NCBI GenBank assembly: GCA_021159015.1
Contig: JAGGSQ010000010.1
Span: 1 to 58,783, forward strand
Source: Candidatus Omnitrophota bacterium
Lineage (GTDB): Bacteria; Omnitrophota; Gorgyraeia; Duberdicusellales; Duberdicusellaceae
Direction of reading: 5' to 3'
DNA: 58,783 nt
How positions within the stretch are numbered: position 1 is the first letter of the stretch; each line of letters begins with the position of its first letter. The notes below the pieces were generated by a model. It had not been told where the DNA came from. It did not search any database and was given only the letters and a program-made list of their open reading frames with translations. The position numbers and the translations under genes are program-made. Below, in pieces: positions 18,232 to 28,516 of the stretch.

Positions 18232-18791
18232 AAATGATAGTAGGGTTAGGCAATGTGGGGCGGCAATACAGAAATACGCGACACAATATTGGCTTTATGG
18301 TGGCAGAAGAATTGGCGCAGCGTTTCAATATAAAATTCCGCCGTAATTTGTGGTTAAGAGCTAAAATAGCAAGATTTTTTAGTCCCGAAGGTAAAAAAGA
18401 AGTTTTAATAATTTGCCCTTCTACCTATATAAATCTTTCTGGGAAAAGCATCAGGAGGGCAAAAGATAAATTTTCCTTGCCTTTAGAAAATTTATTGGTA
18501 ATATGTGATGACGTAAATCTCCCTTTTGGTAAACTACGTTTACGGCCCAAAGGGGGCGATGGTGGGCATAAAGGATTACTTTCTTTGATTAAAGAGCTAG
18601 AGGATGACAATTTTAATCGTTTGCGTATAGGAGTAGGTAAGTCAGAAGATAAATCTTTAGAGCAGTACGTATTGGAAGAATTTTCTCCCTCAGAACAGAA
18701 AGAACTGGGGAAAATAATTGAAAAAGCAGAAGATATAGTTCTGAGTTGGGTGGAGCAGGGCGTGGATAAAACGATGAATAGGTTTAATTAA
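18228..18791 (+). CDS. pth: Peptidyl-tRNA hydrolase
   Basis: Contains IVGLGNVGRQYRNTRHNIGF and GGDGGHKGL. The start is TTG at 18228 or ATG at 18234. Confidence 0.95.
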   Translation: MKMIVGLGNVGRQYRNTRHNIGFMVAEELAQRFNIKFRRNLWLRAKIARFFSPEGKKEVLIICPSTYINLSGKSIRRAKDKFSLPLENLLVICDDVNLPFGKLRLRPKGGDGGHKGLLSLIKELEDDNFNRLRIGVGKSEDKSLEQYVLEEFSPSEQKELGKIIEKAEDIVLSWVEQGVDKTMNRFN

Positions 18792-18793
18792 GT

Positions 18794-19144
18794 ATGGGAG
18801 ACGAAAATATCAATAGGTACGAATTGATGATTGCTGTAAGGCCGGATTTATCTCCTACTGATTATACTCAGATAGAGGATAGTTTTCGAGAAGTAGTGGA
18901 GAAACATCGAGGTAAGGTTTCTGATTGGCAGATATGGGCTGAGAAAAGAAGCCTTGCTTACCCTCTTCATACCAGAGGCGCTAAGAAAATGAGATTTAAT
19001 GAGGCTACATATATATTGGTTAACCTTAGTCTCAGTGCGCAGGAGTTGTCGCGGCTCAAATATACTTTGGATTTAGACGAAAGGGTTCTTCGTTTTTTGA
19101 TAACAAGGAAGAAAAAAAGGAGCAATAATGGCAGATTTAAATAA
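18794..19144 (+). CDS. rpsF: 30S ribosomal protein S6
   Basis: YELMIAVRPDL is present, and the gene sits in the conserved rpsF-ssb-rpsR-rplI context. Confidence 0.9.
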   Translation: MGDENINRYELMIAVRPDLSPTDYTQIEDSFREVVEKHRGKVSDWQIWAEKRSLAYPLHTRGAKKMRFNEATYILVNLSLSAQELSRLKYTLDLDERVLRFLITRKKKRSNNGRFK

Positions 19145-19538
19145 GGTTTTTCTTATTGGCAACTTAACCCGCGATCCAGAACTTAGATATACCCCACAAG
19201 GTTCAGCGGTTGCTACCTTGCGTATAGCTGCCAACCGCCGCTTTCGCGATAAAAGTGGCGAAATTAAGAAAGATGCTTGTTTTGTGAATGTGGTAGTTTG
19301 GGGCAATCTGGCCGAAGTTTGTAATCAGTATTTACAGAAGGGAAAGTCGGTTTTTGTGGAGGGGAACCTTCAATCGAGGAGTTGGCAGGATCAGGAAGGC
19401 AAAAATCGTTCCACCATTGAGGTAAGAGCTGAAAGAGTACAGTTCCTTTCTCCGCGCGAGAGTGTGCCTGAGGTAGATTTAGGTCCTTCGCCGGCAGAAG
19501 AGGAAAGTACGGGAGAAATATCTTCAGGAGAAAATTGA
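19128..19538 (+). CDS. ssb: Single-stranded DNA-binding protein (atypical C-terminal tip)
   Basis: OB fold with NKVFLIGNLTRDPELRYTPQGSAVA..VVVWG. The tail ends ...EEESTGEISSGEN and lacks the usual D-(D/I)-P-F tip. Confidence 0.9.
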   Translation: MADLNKVFLIGNLTRDPELRYTPQGSAVATLRIAANRRFRDKSGEIKKDACFVNVVVWGNLAEVCNQYLQKGKSVFVEGNLQSRSWQDQEGKNRSTIEVRAERVQFLSPRESVPEVDLGPSPAEEESTGEISSGEN

Positions 19539-19544
19539 TAAATA

Positions 19545-19811
19545 ATGAAGACAGGTCAAAGAACAGAAAAGAAGAAAAACACTCGTAGGCGGGGGCATAA
19601 TGCCATAAGTGTGAAAAAATTCTGCCGTTTCTGTAAAGACAATATAGAGATTGATTACAAAGATATTAATTTATTATCCCGCTTTATCAATAATAAAGGT
19701 AAAATAACTTCTCGCCGCGCTAATGGTAACTGCGCCAAACATCAAAGGCAAATAGCTAAAGCCATAAAAAGAGCAAGATTCTTAGCACTCTTACCCTATA
19801 TCCCTAGGTAA
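19545..19811 (+). CDS. rpsR: 30S ribosomal protein S18
   Basis: Contains [25 protein letters not shown] and [18 protein letters not shown]. Confidence 0.95.
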   Translation: MKTGQRTEKKKNTRRRGHNAISVKKFCRFCKDNIEIDYKDINLLSRFINNKGKITSRRANGNCAKHQRQIAKAIKRARFLALLPYIPR

Positions 19812-19812
19812 A

Positions 19813-20256
19813 ATGAAAGTAATATTGCTGAAAGATATCAAAAAATTAGGTCAAGCCGGTGATATTGTTGAGGTTAAAAGAGGTTATGCCCGAAACTTTC
19901 TTATTCCTAATGCTTTAGCTTTAGGATATACCAAAGATAATCTGCGTTTGTTTCAGAACCGCAGGAAGAAGGAAGAAGCCGAGCGGGAGAAAGCACGGGC
20001 TAAAGCACAAAGTTTAGCTGCGGCACTTTCTAAGCTTTCTCTTACCATTCCCCAAAGAGTGAAGAACGAAGAGGAAATATATGGCTCTGTGACTAAAACA
20101 ATGATTGCCCAGGCACTTAGAGAGGAAGGATATGATATAGCGGAAGATAGAATTGTTCTAGATGAGCCAATAAAGAAATTAGGTATTTTCACTCTGAAAG
20201 TTAATCTCTTTCCCGATGTTGTAGGAGAAGTCAAGGTATGGGTAGTAAAGAAGTAA
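19813..20256 (+). CDS. rplI: 50S ribosomal protein L9
   Basis: Begins MKVILLKDIKKLGQAGDIVEVKRGYARNFLIP. Confidence 0.95.
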   Translation: MKVILLKDIKKLGQAGDIVEVKRGYARNFLIPNALALGYTKDNLRLFQNRRKKEEAEREKARAKAQSLAAALSKLSLTIPQRVKNEEEIYGSVTKTMIAQALREEGYDIAEDRIVLDEPIKKLGIFTLKVNLFPDVVGEVKVWVVKK

Positions 20257-21596
20257 CCCCTCTTTCTGCACTAGATAAAATCCCACCCCAGAATTTAGAA
20301 GCAGAGCAGGCAACTTTAGGAGCAATGCTGCTTAATGAGAATATTATTCCGGAAGTGTTGGAAGTACTGGATGAGACGTTTTTTTACAAAGAGGCTCACC
20401 GGGAGATATTTCAAGCGATTGTAGATCTATTTCAGCGTCATACCAATGTAGATATAGTAACGGTAGGAGACGAGTTGAAAAGGCGGGGTAAGATTGAGGC
20501 AATAGGAGGGGTTGTATATCTGACTTATTTAGTAGATAATGTCCCCTCAGTAGCTAATGCTTTGGCCTATGCCAAGATAGTAAAAGAAAAGGGAATTTTG
20601 CGAGCCTTGATAAATTCTTCTTTCAATATTCTTAACTTGGCTTATGAGGGAGGAGAAGAGATCTCGGCTATTTTAGATAAGGCAGAAAGATTGATTTTTG
20701 AAATTAGTGACCGTAAGATAGAAGGCGGTTATGTGCACATTAAAGAGATAATAAAAGATAGTATAGAAATGATAGACGCTCTTTATCAAAAAAAGAGTCA
20801 TATTACGGGTATACCTACAGGTTTTAAAGATTTTGACGTAAGGACTTCTGGCTTGCAAGCAGGGGATCTCGTAGTAGTAGCTGGCCGTCCCTCTATGGGT
20901 AAGAGCGCTTTTGTTAGCTGCATTGCCGAGCATGTAGCAGTAGAAGAAAAAAAAGGGGTAGGTTTTTTTAGTTTAGAGATGTCTAAGGAACAATTGGCTC
21001 AGCGGCTCCTTTGTGCTCATGCTAAAGTAGATGCTCATAAGGTAAGGACAGGCTACCTTTCCACTTCCGAATGGCCCCTGCTAACTGCGGCCGCGGGACG
21101 ACTTTCAGAAGCACCTCTCTATATTGATGATACACCAGCTATGAGCATTTTTGAGTTGAGAGCCAAAGCCAGACGTCTTAAGGCTCATCATGATATTTCT
21201 TTAGTAATTGTAGATTATCTACAACTTCTGCGAGGCAGAGGGCGTTTTGAAAGCCGCCAGCAGGAAATTTCTGATGTTTCCCGTTCTCTTAAGGCCTTAG
21301 CCAAAGAAATAAATACGCCGGTTATTGCGGTTAGCCAGCTTTCGCGGGCGGTAGAAGCTCGTACTGATCACCGTCCTCAGCTTTCTGATTTAAGGGAGTC
21401 CGGTGCCATTGAACAAGATGCGGATTTAGTAGTTTTACTTTTGCGGGAGGAGTATTATAATCCCACCGAAGACAATAGAGGCCTGGCTGAAATTATTATT
21501 GCTAAACAGCGTAATGGTCCTACAGGGAGCCTCTTCTTGGGGTTTGCCCACGAGTATATGAAGTTTTTTGACTTAGCCAAGATTAAAGAAGATTGA
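20238..21596 (+). CDS. dnaB: Replicative DNA helicase DnaB
   Basis: Contains PPQNLEAEQATLGAML, Walker A AGRPSMGKSAF, VIVDYLQLL and QLSDLRESGAIEQDAD. At 452 aa there is no intein. Confidence 0.95.
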   Translation: MGSKEVTPLSALDKIPPQNLEAEQATLGAMLLNENIIPEVLEVLDETFFYKEAHREIFQAIVDLFQRHTNVDIVTVGDELKRRGKIEAIGGVVYLTYLVDNVPSVANALAYAKIVKEKGILRALINSSFNILNLAYEGGEEISAILDKAERLIFEISDRKIEGGYVHIKEIIKDSIEMIDALYQKKSHITGIPTGFKDFDVRTSGLQAGDLVVVAGRPSMGKSAFVSCIAEHVAVEEKKGVGFFSLEMSKEQLAQRLLCAHAKVDAHKVRTGYLSTSEWPLLTAAAGRLSEAPLYIDDTPAMSIFELRAKARRLKAHHDISLVIVDYLQLLRGRGRFESRQQEISDVSRSLKALAKEINTPVIAVSQLSRAVEARTDHRPQLSDLRESGAIEQDADLVVLLLREEYYNPTEDNRGLAEIIIAKQRNGPTGSLFLGFAHEYMKFFDLAKIKED

Positions 21597-21619
21597 CTTT
21601 TAAAGACAACTCTCCTATA

Positions 21620-23929
21620 ATGAAAAGAATGAGCTATAGAAGGTGGTTGTTAGCTTTGGTCTTTGTGGGGTTTTGCAGCCTAGTGCAAGCAGATTCTACG
21701 TCTACTTCTTCTGTAATTGGCAAGATTACAATTAGCGGTAATAAAAACATCAGTAAAGAGAAGATTGCCACTCAGATAAAAAGTCGTCCCGGCCAGACTT
21801 ATTACCGTGCTTCCGTTAACGAGGATATAAAAAAAATATATTCTTTAGGGTATTTTAAAAATATTGAGGCGGAAACAAAGACTTTGCCTACAGGAGAGCT
21901 AGAGGTCATATATAAGGTAGAAGAGAAACCTCTGGTAAAACAGTTAATTATTAAGGGTAATCGCAGAATTAGAAAGAAAAAGATAGAAGACGCTCTAGGG
22001 ATAAAGGAAGGTGGTTTTTTTGACGAGTTTGCTTTAAAAGAGGCCCAGCGGACCATTAAGGATATGTATATTCAAAAGGGATATTCTCAGGCAGAAGTTA
22101 GTTACCGGGTTGATCTTGACAAGGCAGCTAATAAGGCTGTAGTGGAATTTGATATAAGGGAAGAGAAGCCTTTTCGGGTTAAGAAAGTTATTATTTTGGG
22201 GAACCTGAGTTTTTCTGATAAAAGAATCATTAAATTGATGAAGACGCGGCCAGCTTGGCTCCTGCGGAGAGGAGTGTTCAAAGTAGATACCCTCAAAGAT
22301 GATATTGAGCGAATAACCGACTTTTACCAGACACAGGGTTTTAGCGACGTAAAAGTTGGTTACAAAATAGATAGAGACTTGCACAGAGGTTTTGTTTTTG
22401 TGACTATCAATATCAACGAAGGCCAAAAATATTTTATTGGCAGTGTTAATATTGAGGGCAATAAGAATGTATCTTTGGCTGATATAAGAAAGGCCTTAAA
22501 AGTTAAACCAGGCAGTGTCTATAATAAAAATTTGATAAAAGCGCAGGCTTTTGATATTCAGCAAGTCTATTTTGATCGAGGCTATATCTTCGCTCGCATT
22601 GTGCCTCTTTCGGCAGTTGATCCAGCTACTCACAAAGTAGATGTTACCTATAAGATAAAGGAAAATGACGTAGCATATGTAGAGAGAATAAAGATAACGG
22701 GCAATACTAAGACTAAAGATAAAGTTATCCGGCGCCAGCTGCGTATCAGACCAGGAGATAAATTCTCCGGTGAAAAGATAAGACGGTCTCGAAAGAGGTT
22801 GCAAAATTTAGGTATCTTTGAAGATATTAGTTTCGACGATGAACCTACAGAAACTCCTAATCATGAGAATTTAGTAGTCAAAGTAAAAGAGGCCAAAACA
22901 GGTAGTTTGAGTTTCGGAGGCGGTTATAGTTCGGTAGATGCGTTTGTAGGGTTTATTGAATTGCAACAGAAAAACTTCGACTGGACCAATTTCCCTACCT
23001 TCACGGGGGGCGGACAGAATCTTAGTTTCTATATGCAGACAGGTTCTACTACAGAAGAGTATGTGCTTAGTTTTACTAATCCTTGGATTTTTGATAGGCC
23101 CATATCTTTTGGTTTTGATGCTTATCGTAAAGAACACGATCGTGAAGAAGACTCTGGATATGGATATGACGAGACGCGTAAAGGAGGCAGAATTCGTTTT
23201 GGTAAAGAGTTTAATGATGATTTGGGAGGTACGATTGCGTATCGATTTGAAACTGTAGATATATCTGATGTCGCCGATGATGCCAGTAGTGAGTTAAAAA
23301 GGGAGATTGGTAGCAATGATATTAGTAGTTTGGAATTTTCTTTGGATTATGATACGCGTGACACTCGAGGATTTACTCATAAGGGTATATTATTTTCTAA
23401 TTCTTTTGAGTTAGCTGGTGATTATTTAGGTGGCGATAAGGATTTTGTTAAGCTATATTCCCGGCTCAGTAAATATTTCCCTTTTCCTAAAGATGCGGTA
23501 GTTGAGGCAAAAGTAAGGGCAGGTTTTGCCAAAGCCATTGGCGATTCAGACTATGTTCCTATATATGAACGTTTTTTTGCTGGCGGCGCCTATACCATAA
23601 GAGGTTACGAAGAAAGAGCTGTAGGGCCGGTGGATCCTTCTAATGGCGACCCTTTAGGCGGAGAAGCTCTTTTTATTGCTAATGTGGAATATACTTATCC
23701 TTTAGGTGATTATTTGCGCTTAGCCGCGTTTTTTGATACGGGAAATGTGTGGAGAAAATATAACGACTTTCTTAGTGGCAGTCTTAAATCAGGTATTGGT
23801 TTTGGTATCAGAGTAAAAACACCTCTAGGTCCTATTAAGGTAGACTACGGCATACCTTTAAATAAAGCGCAAGGAGAAGAAAGTAAAGAAAGTGGACGTT
23901 TTCATTTCAGTATGAGTAACCAGTTTTAA
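21620..23929 (+). CDS. bamA: Outer membrane protein assembly factor BamA
   Basis: Signal peptide (WLLALVFVGFCSLVQA), repeated POTRA-like units (I.I.GN...) and an Omp85 barrel ending GRFHFSMSNQF. I prefer the ATG at 21620 over the track start at 21593. Confidence 0.9.
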   Translation: MKRMSYRRWLLALVFVGFCSLVQADSTSTSSVIGKITISGNKNISKEKIATQIKSRPGQTYYRASVNEDIKKIYSLGYFKNIEAETKTLPTGELEVIYKVEEKPLVKQLIIKGNRRIRKKKIEDALGIKEGGFFDEFALKEAQRTIKDMYIQKGYSQAEVSYRVDLDKAANKAVVEFDIREEKPFRVKKVIILGNLSFSDKRIIKLMKTRPAWLLRRGVFKVDTLKDDIERITDFYQTQGFSDVKVGYKIDRDLHRGFVFVTININEGQKYFIGSVNIEGNKNVSLADIRKALKVKPGSVYNKNLIKAQAFDIQQVYFDRGYIFARIVPLSAVDPATHKVDVTYKIKENDVAYVERIKITGNTKTKDKVIRRQLRIRPGDKFSGEKIRRSRKRLQNLGIFEDISFDDEPTETPNHENLVVKVKEAKTGSLSFGGGYSSVDAFVGFIELQQKNFDWTNFPTFTGGGQNLSFYMQTGSTTEEYVLSFTNPWIFDRPISFGFDAYRKEHDREEDSGYGYDETRKGGRIRFGKEFNDDLGGTIAYRFETVDISDVADDASSELKREIGSNDISSLEFSLDYDTRDTRGFTHKGILFSNSFELAGDYLGGDKDFVKLYSRLSKYFPFPKDAVVEAKVRAGFAKAIGDSDYVPIYERFFAGGAYTIRGYEERAVGPVDPSNGDPLGGEALFIANVEYTYPLGDYLRLAAFFDTGNVWRKYNDFLSGSLKSGIGFGIRVKTPLGPIKVDYGIPLNKAQGEESKESGRFHFSMSNQF

Positions 23930-23944
23930 AGAAGGAGGGAAGAA

Positions 23945-24451
23945 GTGAAAAAGGTTAGTCTTCTGGCAATAATGATAGGGGTGTGGTTTGGTGCTAATTT
24001 AGCGTTAGCTAACAGCGAGTCATTGATATACGTGGATTTGTTTAAAATCTTTAATAATTATCAGAAAACAGCTGATTATGATAAGACTCTTCAAACCGAA
24101 CAAAAGAAAAAACAGGAAGGGCTTTCTACTTATAAAAAAGAGATAGAAAAAATGCGCCAGCAGATGAAACTTCTGAAGAGTAAAGAACAGGAGTCTAAAC
24201 GTAAAGAGATAGAAAAGAAAGCAGAGGAATATAATTTTAAAAGGCAACAAGCTTTTCTGGATTTACGTAAAGAGCGCGACGAGAAGATGAAGGAAATATT
24301 AGGCGACATTACCAAGGCGGTAGAAAAGTATGCTAAAGCTCACAAGATAAGAGTAGTTTTGAAAAAAGCGGGTCTGATTTATGGTGATAGCAGTTTGGAT
24401 AAAACAGAGGATATTCTCAAGATACTTAATAGCAAGTATAAAAAGAAATGA
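23945..24451 (+). CDS. skp: OmpH/Skp-like periplasmic chaperone
   Basis: GTG start, a signal peptide and a Lys/Glu-rich coiled coil. The position between bamA and lpxD is canonical. Confidence 0.75.
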   Translation: MKKVSLLAIMIGVWFGANLALANSESLIYVDLFKIFNNYQKTADYDKTLQTEQKKKQEGLSTYKKEIEKMRQQMKLLKSKEQESKRKEIEKKAEEYNFKRQQAFLDLRKERDEKMKEILGDITKAVEKYAKAHKIRVVLKKAGLIYGDSSLDKTEDILKILNSKYKKK

Positions 24452-25518
24452 AGTTTACTCTGTCTGAGATAGCTAAGTTAGTAAGAGGGACTGTGGTAGG
24501 AGATGCTACTATAGTAATTAGTGGCATCTCGGGGATTAAAGAGGCTCGCCGGGGTGATATTACTTTCTTGGCTAATCCTAAATATCTCTCCCTGGCCAAA
24601 ACTACTAAAGCTTCAGCTATTATTACTTCATTGGAGGTGAATGGCGATATCAAAAAACCCTTGATTAAGACAGATAATCCTTCTTTAGCTTTCGCCAAAG
24701 TGGTCTCACTCGTAGCCCCTAATAGCATTCAATGTCCTCAAGGTATTCATCCCACGGCTCTTATCGCAGAAGAAGTAAAACTAGGAGAAAACGTAGCTAT
24801 TGGTCCTTATACTATTATTGAGAAGGGTGCTGTAATAGGTAAGGGAGCTATAATTTATGGTGGTTGCTATATTGGACATTATTCTCGTGTGGGTGATAAT
24901 ACTCTTATTTATCCTCATGTGTCTATTCGAGAAAGAGTAGAAATCGGCAAGCGAGTCATTATTCATTCAGGTACAGTCATAGGTTCAGACGGATTTGGTT
25001 TTGCTACCGTCAAAGGAGTACAGAAGAAAATTCCCCAGATTGGGACGGTAGTAATTGAGGATGATGTAGAGATTGGAGCTAATGTGACTATTGACCGGGC
25101 TCGCTTTGACAAAACTATAATTGGCCGTGGTACTAAGATAGACAATCTGGTGCAAATTGCTCATAATGTAATTGTAGGGGAAAACTCTATTATTGTAGCT
25201 CAAGCAGGAATCTCGGGCAGTACGGTTATTGGTAATGGAACAATTTTAGCGGGTCAGGCAGGCATAGTGGGACATATTCAAATTGGTGAGGGAGCTATTG
25301 TTGCGGCTCAAGCCGGCGTGACAAAGTCGGTCCCTCCTAATACAAAGGTTTCTGGTTATCCTGCCAAGCCGCATGAAGTAGCCAAGCGAGTTAATGCCTG
25401 TGTACAAAGACTTCCTTTTCTTTACAAAAGAGTTAAAGAATTGGAAGCAGAATTAGAAAAATTAAAACAGATACTAGCACAATATGGAAAAACAGAAGAC
25501 ACTCAAAGCCAAAGTTAG
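24448..25518 (+). CDS. lpxD: UDP-3-O-acylglucosamine N-acyltransferase
   Basis: An N-terminal LpxD domain ([10 protein letters not shown]) is followed by an LbH hexapeptide array. Confidence 0.9.
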   Translation: MKFTLSEIAKLVRGTVVGDATIVISGISGIKEARRGDITFLANPKYLSLAKTTKASAIITSLEVNGDIKKPLIKTDNPSLAFAKVVSLVAPNSIQCPQGIHPTALIAEEVKLGENVAIGPYTIIEKGAVIGKGAIIYGGCYIGHYSRVGDNTLIYPHVSIRERVEIGKRVIIHSGTVIGSDGFGFATVKGVQKKIPQIGTVVIEDDVEIGANVTIDRARFDKTIIGRGTKIDNLVQIAHNVIVGENSIIVAQAGISGSTVIGNGTILAGQAGIVGHIQIGEGAIVAAQAGVTKSVPPNTKVSGYPAKPHEVAKRVNACVQRLPFLYKRVKELEAELEKLKQILAQYGKTEDTQSQS

Positions 25519-26800
25519 TTTTGAGGGAATTGGTCTTCATACGGGGGATAGGGTCGGAATTACTATTAGCCCGGCTCCGCCTAATACAGGAATAATTTTT
25601 GTTAAAGAGAAAGAAGGCAATAAATCTTTCATAAAGGCTGACTTTTATTCTGTGTTAGATCCCTCTGTTTTCCCGCGCCGTACCTCTGTAGGAGAGGAGG
25701 GAAATGAAATACATACCATAGAACATTTGATGGCTGCCTTTTCTCTTCTCGGGGTTGATAACGCTCAAATCGATATTAATGGCAGCGAAGTTCCAGGTAT
25801 GGATGGTAGTGCCAAAGACTTTATTGAAGGGATGCGAAAGGCGGGCTTAGAGGAGCAGAATGCGCCGCGTAATTATATTGTGGTAAGAGAACCTCTCTGG
25901 GTAGATGAAGGAGGAGCAACACTAGTATTATTACCAGCGCCTCATTTTAGAGTTTCTTACACTCTTAGCTATAATAGTGAGGTAATCGGCTCTCAGTTCT
26001 TTGACGGCGTTATTGATTCTGTACCAGAGGCAACCAATATCCACTTAGCCCGTACTTTTTGTTTAGAAGATGAAGTAAAACCTCTGGTAGATATGGGGTT
26101 AGGTAAAGGTGCTAATTACCAGAATACTTTGGTTATTTCCCAAAGGGGCATAGTAAGAAATAGTACACGGGTAGAAAATGAATTTGTCCGTCATAAAGTT
26201 TTAGACCTGATTGGCGACTTGTATTTAGCCGGTCCTATAAAAGCGCACGTTGTTGCTTTAAGAAGCGGGCACAATCTCAATATCAAACTTCTTTATAAAC
26301 TGCGCCGCTATAAAGAGAGACTTTCTTCTAGCGGCGTAGGCAATCAGCAGGGGGTATATCCGGCCGGAGAGGTGATTGAGATAAATGAAATAATGAATAT
26401 CTTACCTCATCGTTATCCTTTTCTCCTTGTAGATAGGATAATCCATATGGAAAAAGGCAAAAAGGCCATAGGGATAAAGAATGTGACTATCAATGACTAT
26501 TTTTTTCAGGGTCATTTTCCTCAGAAACCCATAATGCCTGGGGTGCTTATTATTGAAGCTATGGCGCAGGTAGGAGGGGTACTTATGTTGGCTCAGGCTG
26601 AAAATAGAGGCAAACTTGCCTATTTTTTGGCCGCAGACAAAGTAAAATTTCGTAGGACAGTGGTTCCGGGTGACCAATTAGTTTTAGAAGTAGTTAGCGG
26701 TAAGATAAAATCAAAGACTGGTCAAGTTCACACACGAGCTTTAGTCGGAGGCAGTGTAGTCGCTGAAGCAGATTTGAGGTTTGCTTTGGTGGATAAATAG
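25484..26800 (+). CDS. lpxC: Bifunctional UDP-3-O-acyl-GlcNAc deacetylase (LpxC) / 3-hydroxyacyl-ACP dehydratase (FabZ)
   Basis: The N-terminal LpxC part has [25 protein letters not shown] and [10 protein letters not shown]. The C-terminal FabZ part has [13 protein letters not shown] and [20 protein letters not shown]. Confidence 0.9.
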   Translation: MEKQKTLKAKVSFEGIGLHTGDRVGITISPAPPNTGIIFVKEKEGNKSFIKADFYSVLDPSVFPRRTSVGEEGNEIHTIEHLMAAFSLLGVDNAQIDINGSEVPGMDGSAKDFIEGMRKAGLEEQNAPRNYIVVREPLWVDEGGATLVLLPAPHFRVSYTLSYNSEVIGSQFFDGVIDSVPEATNIHLARTFCLEDEVKPLVDMGLGKGANYQNTLVISQRGIVRNSTRVENEFVRHKVLDLIGDLYLAGPIKAHVVALRSGHNLNIKLLYKLRRYKERLSSSGVGNQQGVYPAGEVIEINEIMNILPHRYPFLLVDRIIHMEKGKKAIGIKNVTINDYFFQGHFPQKPIMPGVLIIEAMAQVGGVLMLAQAENRGKLAYFLAADKVKFRRTVVPGDQLVLEVVSGKIKSKTGQVHTRALVGGSVVAEADLRFALVDK

Positions 26801-26807
26801 CCTTCCT

Positions 26808-27584
26808 ATGCCAACTGATATTCATCCCCAAGCTATTGTAGCAAAAGAAGCAGTTCTGGACGAAGGTGTCAGTGTAGGTCCCTTTAGTGTAATTGAGGAC
26901 AAAGTCAGGATAGGCCAGGGGACTTTTATTGGCCCCGGTGTGTTAATCAGCGGCCACACCACTATTGGTCAGAATTGTCGTATATACAAAGGAGCAGTTA
27001 TTGGTAGCCCTCCCCAGGACTTAAAATACAAAGGAGAGAAAAGTTTCTTAGTAATTGGTAATAATAATATAATTCGAGAATTTGTTACCGTGAATCCTGG
27101 TACCGAAGAAGGTTCTTATACTCGCTTAGGAGATAATAATCTGATAATGGCTTATTCACATATAGCTCATAATTGTTCTATTGGCAACGGTTGTATTTTA
27201 GCTAACGGAGCTACACTGGCAGGCCATGTTAGCCTGGAGGACCGCGTAGTTATTGGAGGTCTTGTGGCTATTCATCAGTTTTGCCGTCTAGGTATGCTTT
27301 CTATTGTAGGAGGATGTTCTAAAGTAGTTCAGGATATTCCTCCTTTTGCTCTCGCCGATGGCCATCCTGCTAAAGTAAGAGGTATTAATATTACGGGATT
27401 AAAACGGGCCGGATTCAGACGGGAAAAAGTGGTGCTTCTGCGAAAAATATTTAAAGTTCTTTTCTTTGAGGGGCATACTCTTGATGCCGCTTTGGAAATA
27501 GTAAAACGTTCTTTTACTGTTTCCGAAGAAGTAGAGATTATGCAAAAGTTTATTACATTGTCTCAGCGAGGTATTGCTAAATGA
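26808..27584 (+). CDS. lpxA: Acyl-ACP--UDP-GlcNAc O-acyltransferase
   Basis: IHPQAIV plus a hexapeptide LbH, with a helical C-terminal domain. The ATG at 26808 lies after the lpxC/fabZ stop. Confidence 0.9.
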   Translation: MPTDIHPQAIVAKEAVLDEGVSVGPFSVIEDKVRIGQGTFIGPGVLISGHTTIGQNCRIYKGAVIGSPPQDLKYKGEKSFLVIGNNNIIREFVTVNPGTEEGSYTRLGDNNLIMAYSHIAHNCSIGNGCILANGATLAGHVSLEDRVVIGGLVAIHQFCRLGMLSIVGGCSKVVQDIPPFALADGHPAKVRGINITGLKRAGFRREKVVLLRKIFKVLFFEGHTLDAALEIVKRSFTVSEEVEIMQKFITLSQRGIAK

Positions 27585-28423
27585 AGCTTGCTCTTATTGC
27601 GGGCAACCGTCGTCTTCCCCTTCTCTTTGCCGCTGCTGCCAAGAAACATAATCCTAAACTGGAACTAATAATAGTCGCCTTTAAAGGTGAGACAGATCCT
27701 CGCCTTAGCCGCTTCTCGAGAAAGACTTACTGGTTTAAGGTGGGATGTTTAGAAGAGATAATAAGCGTCTTAAAGCAAGAAAGAATTAATGAAGCAGTTA
27801 TGATAGGCCAGATCTCTCCCTGGCGTCTTTTTGCCTCCCGCCGCTATTGGGATAGGAAAATGTTTGAGGTTTACAAAGAGGTAGATGACTTTCGTTCCCA
27901 CAGTATATTCAGCCGTGTTATTAAGGAAATAGAAAGGGAGGGTATAAAATTTATTAGTTCGGCTTCTTATCTGGAAGATTATTTGGCAGAGGAAGGCATA
28001 GGAGGGAGAGAGATAATTTCGGATAAAGTTAAGAAAGATATAGAAATAGGGTTTAATTTAGGCCGGCAGATAGTTGATTTCGATGTGGGGCAAACTCTTA
28101 TTGTAAAAAACCGCGCCGTAGTGGCAGTAGAAGCGCTGGAGGGAACCGACAATGCTATAAAACGCGCGGCGCGTATATGCGGCGAGGGCTTTAGTATGGT
28201 AAAACTCTCCCGCCATGGACATGATGTACGTTTTGATTTGCCGGTAATCGGTATTGATACCATAAAACTCCTGGCAAGAAAGAAAGCTGCCGCCGTAGTT
28301 TTAGAAGCAGGCAAAGTTATTATTATTGATAAACCCAAGGTTTTATCTCTAGCTCGCCGTTGGGGCATAACGGTGGTAGGCCTGAGAAGAGAATCAGAAA
28401 TTAAAGATTTATTTCGTAGCTAA
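27581..28423 (+). CDS. lpxI: UDP-2,3-diacylglucosamine diphosphatase LpxI (DUF1009 family)
   Basis: It sits directly after lpxA. GQTLIVKNRAVVAVEALEGTDNAIKRA and FDLPVIG are typical of LpxI. Confidence 0.8.
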   Translation: MKLALIAGNRRLPLLFAAAAKKHNPKLELIIVAFKGETDPRLSRFSRKTYWFKVGCLEEIISVLKQERINEAVMIGQISPWRLFASRRYWDRKMFEVYKEVDDFRSHSIFSRVIKEIEREGIKFISSASYLEDYLAEEGIGGREIISDKVKKDIEIGFNLGRQIVDFDVGQTLIVKNRAVVAVEALEGTDNAIKRAARICGEGFSMVKLSRHGHDVRFDLPVIGIDTIKLLARKKAAAVVLEAGKVIIIDKPKVLSLARRWGITVVGLRRESEIKDLFRS

Positions 28424-28430
28424 GGCTTTT

Positions 28431-28504
28431 GCCCCCATAGCTCAACTGGATAGAGCTACTGGCTTCGAACCAGTAGGTTGGCTGTTCGAATCAGCCTGGG
28501 GGCA
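28431..28504 (+). tRNA. tRNA-Arg(TCG)
   Basis: Cloverleaf with acceptor GCCCCCA/TGGGGGC and discriminator A. The anticodon arm is ACTGG-CTTCGAA-CCAGT and the T arm is GGCTG-TTCGAAT-CAGCC. Confidence 0.9.
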
Positions 28505-28516
28505 GATGCTTTAGGG

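Noticed and set aside
20238-21596. A possible intein in DnaB, which is a common insertion site.
   Set aside because: The protein is 452 aa and the helicase motifs are contiguous, so there is no extra domain.
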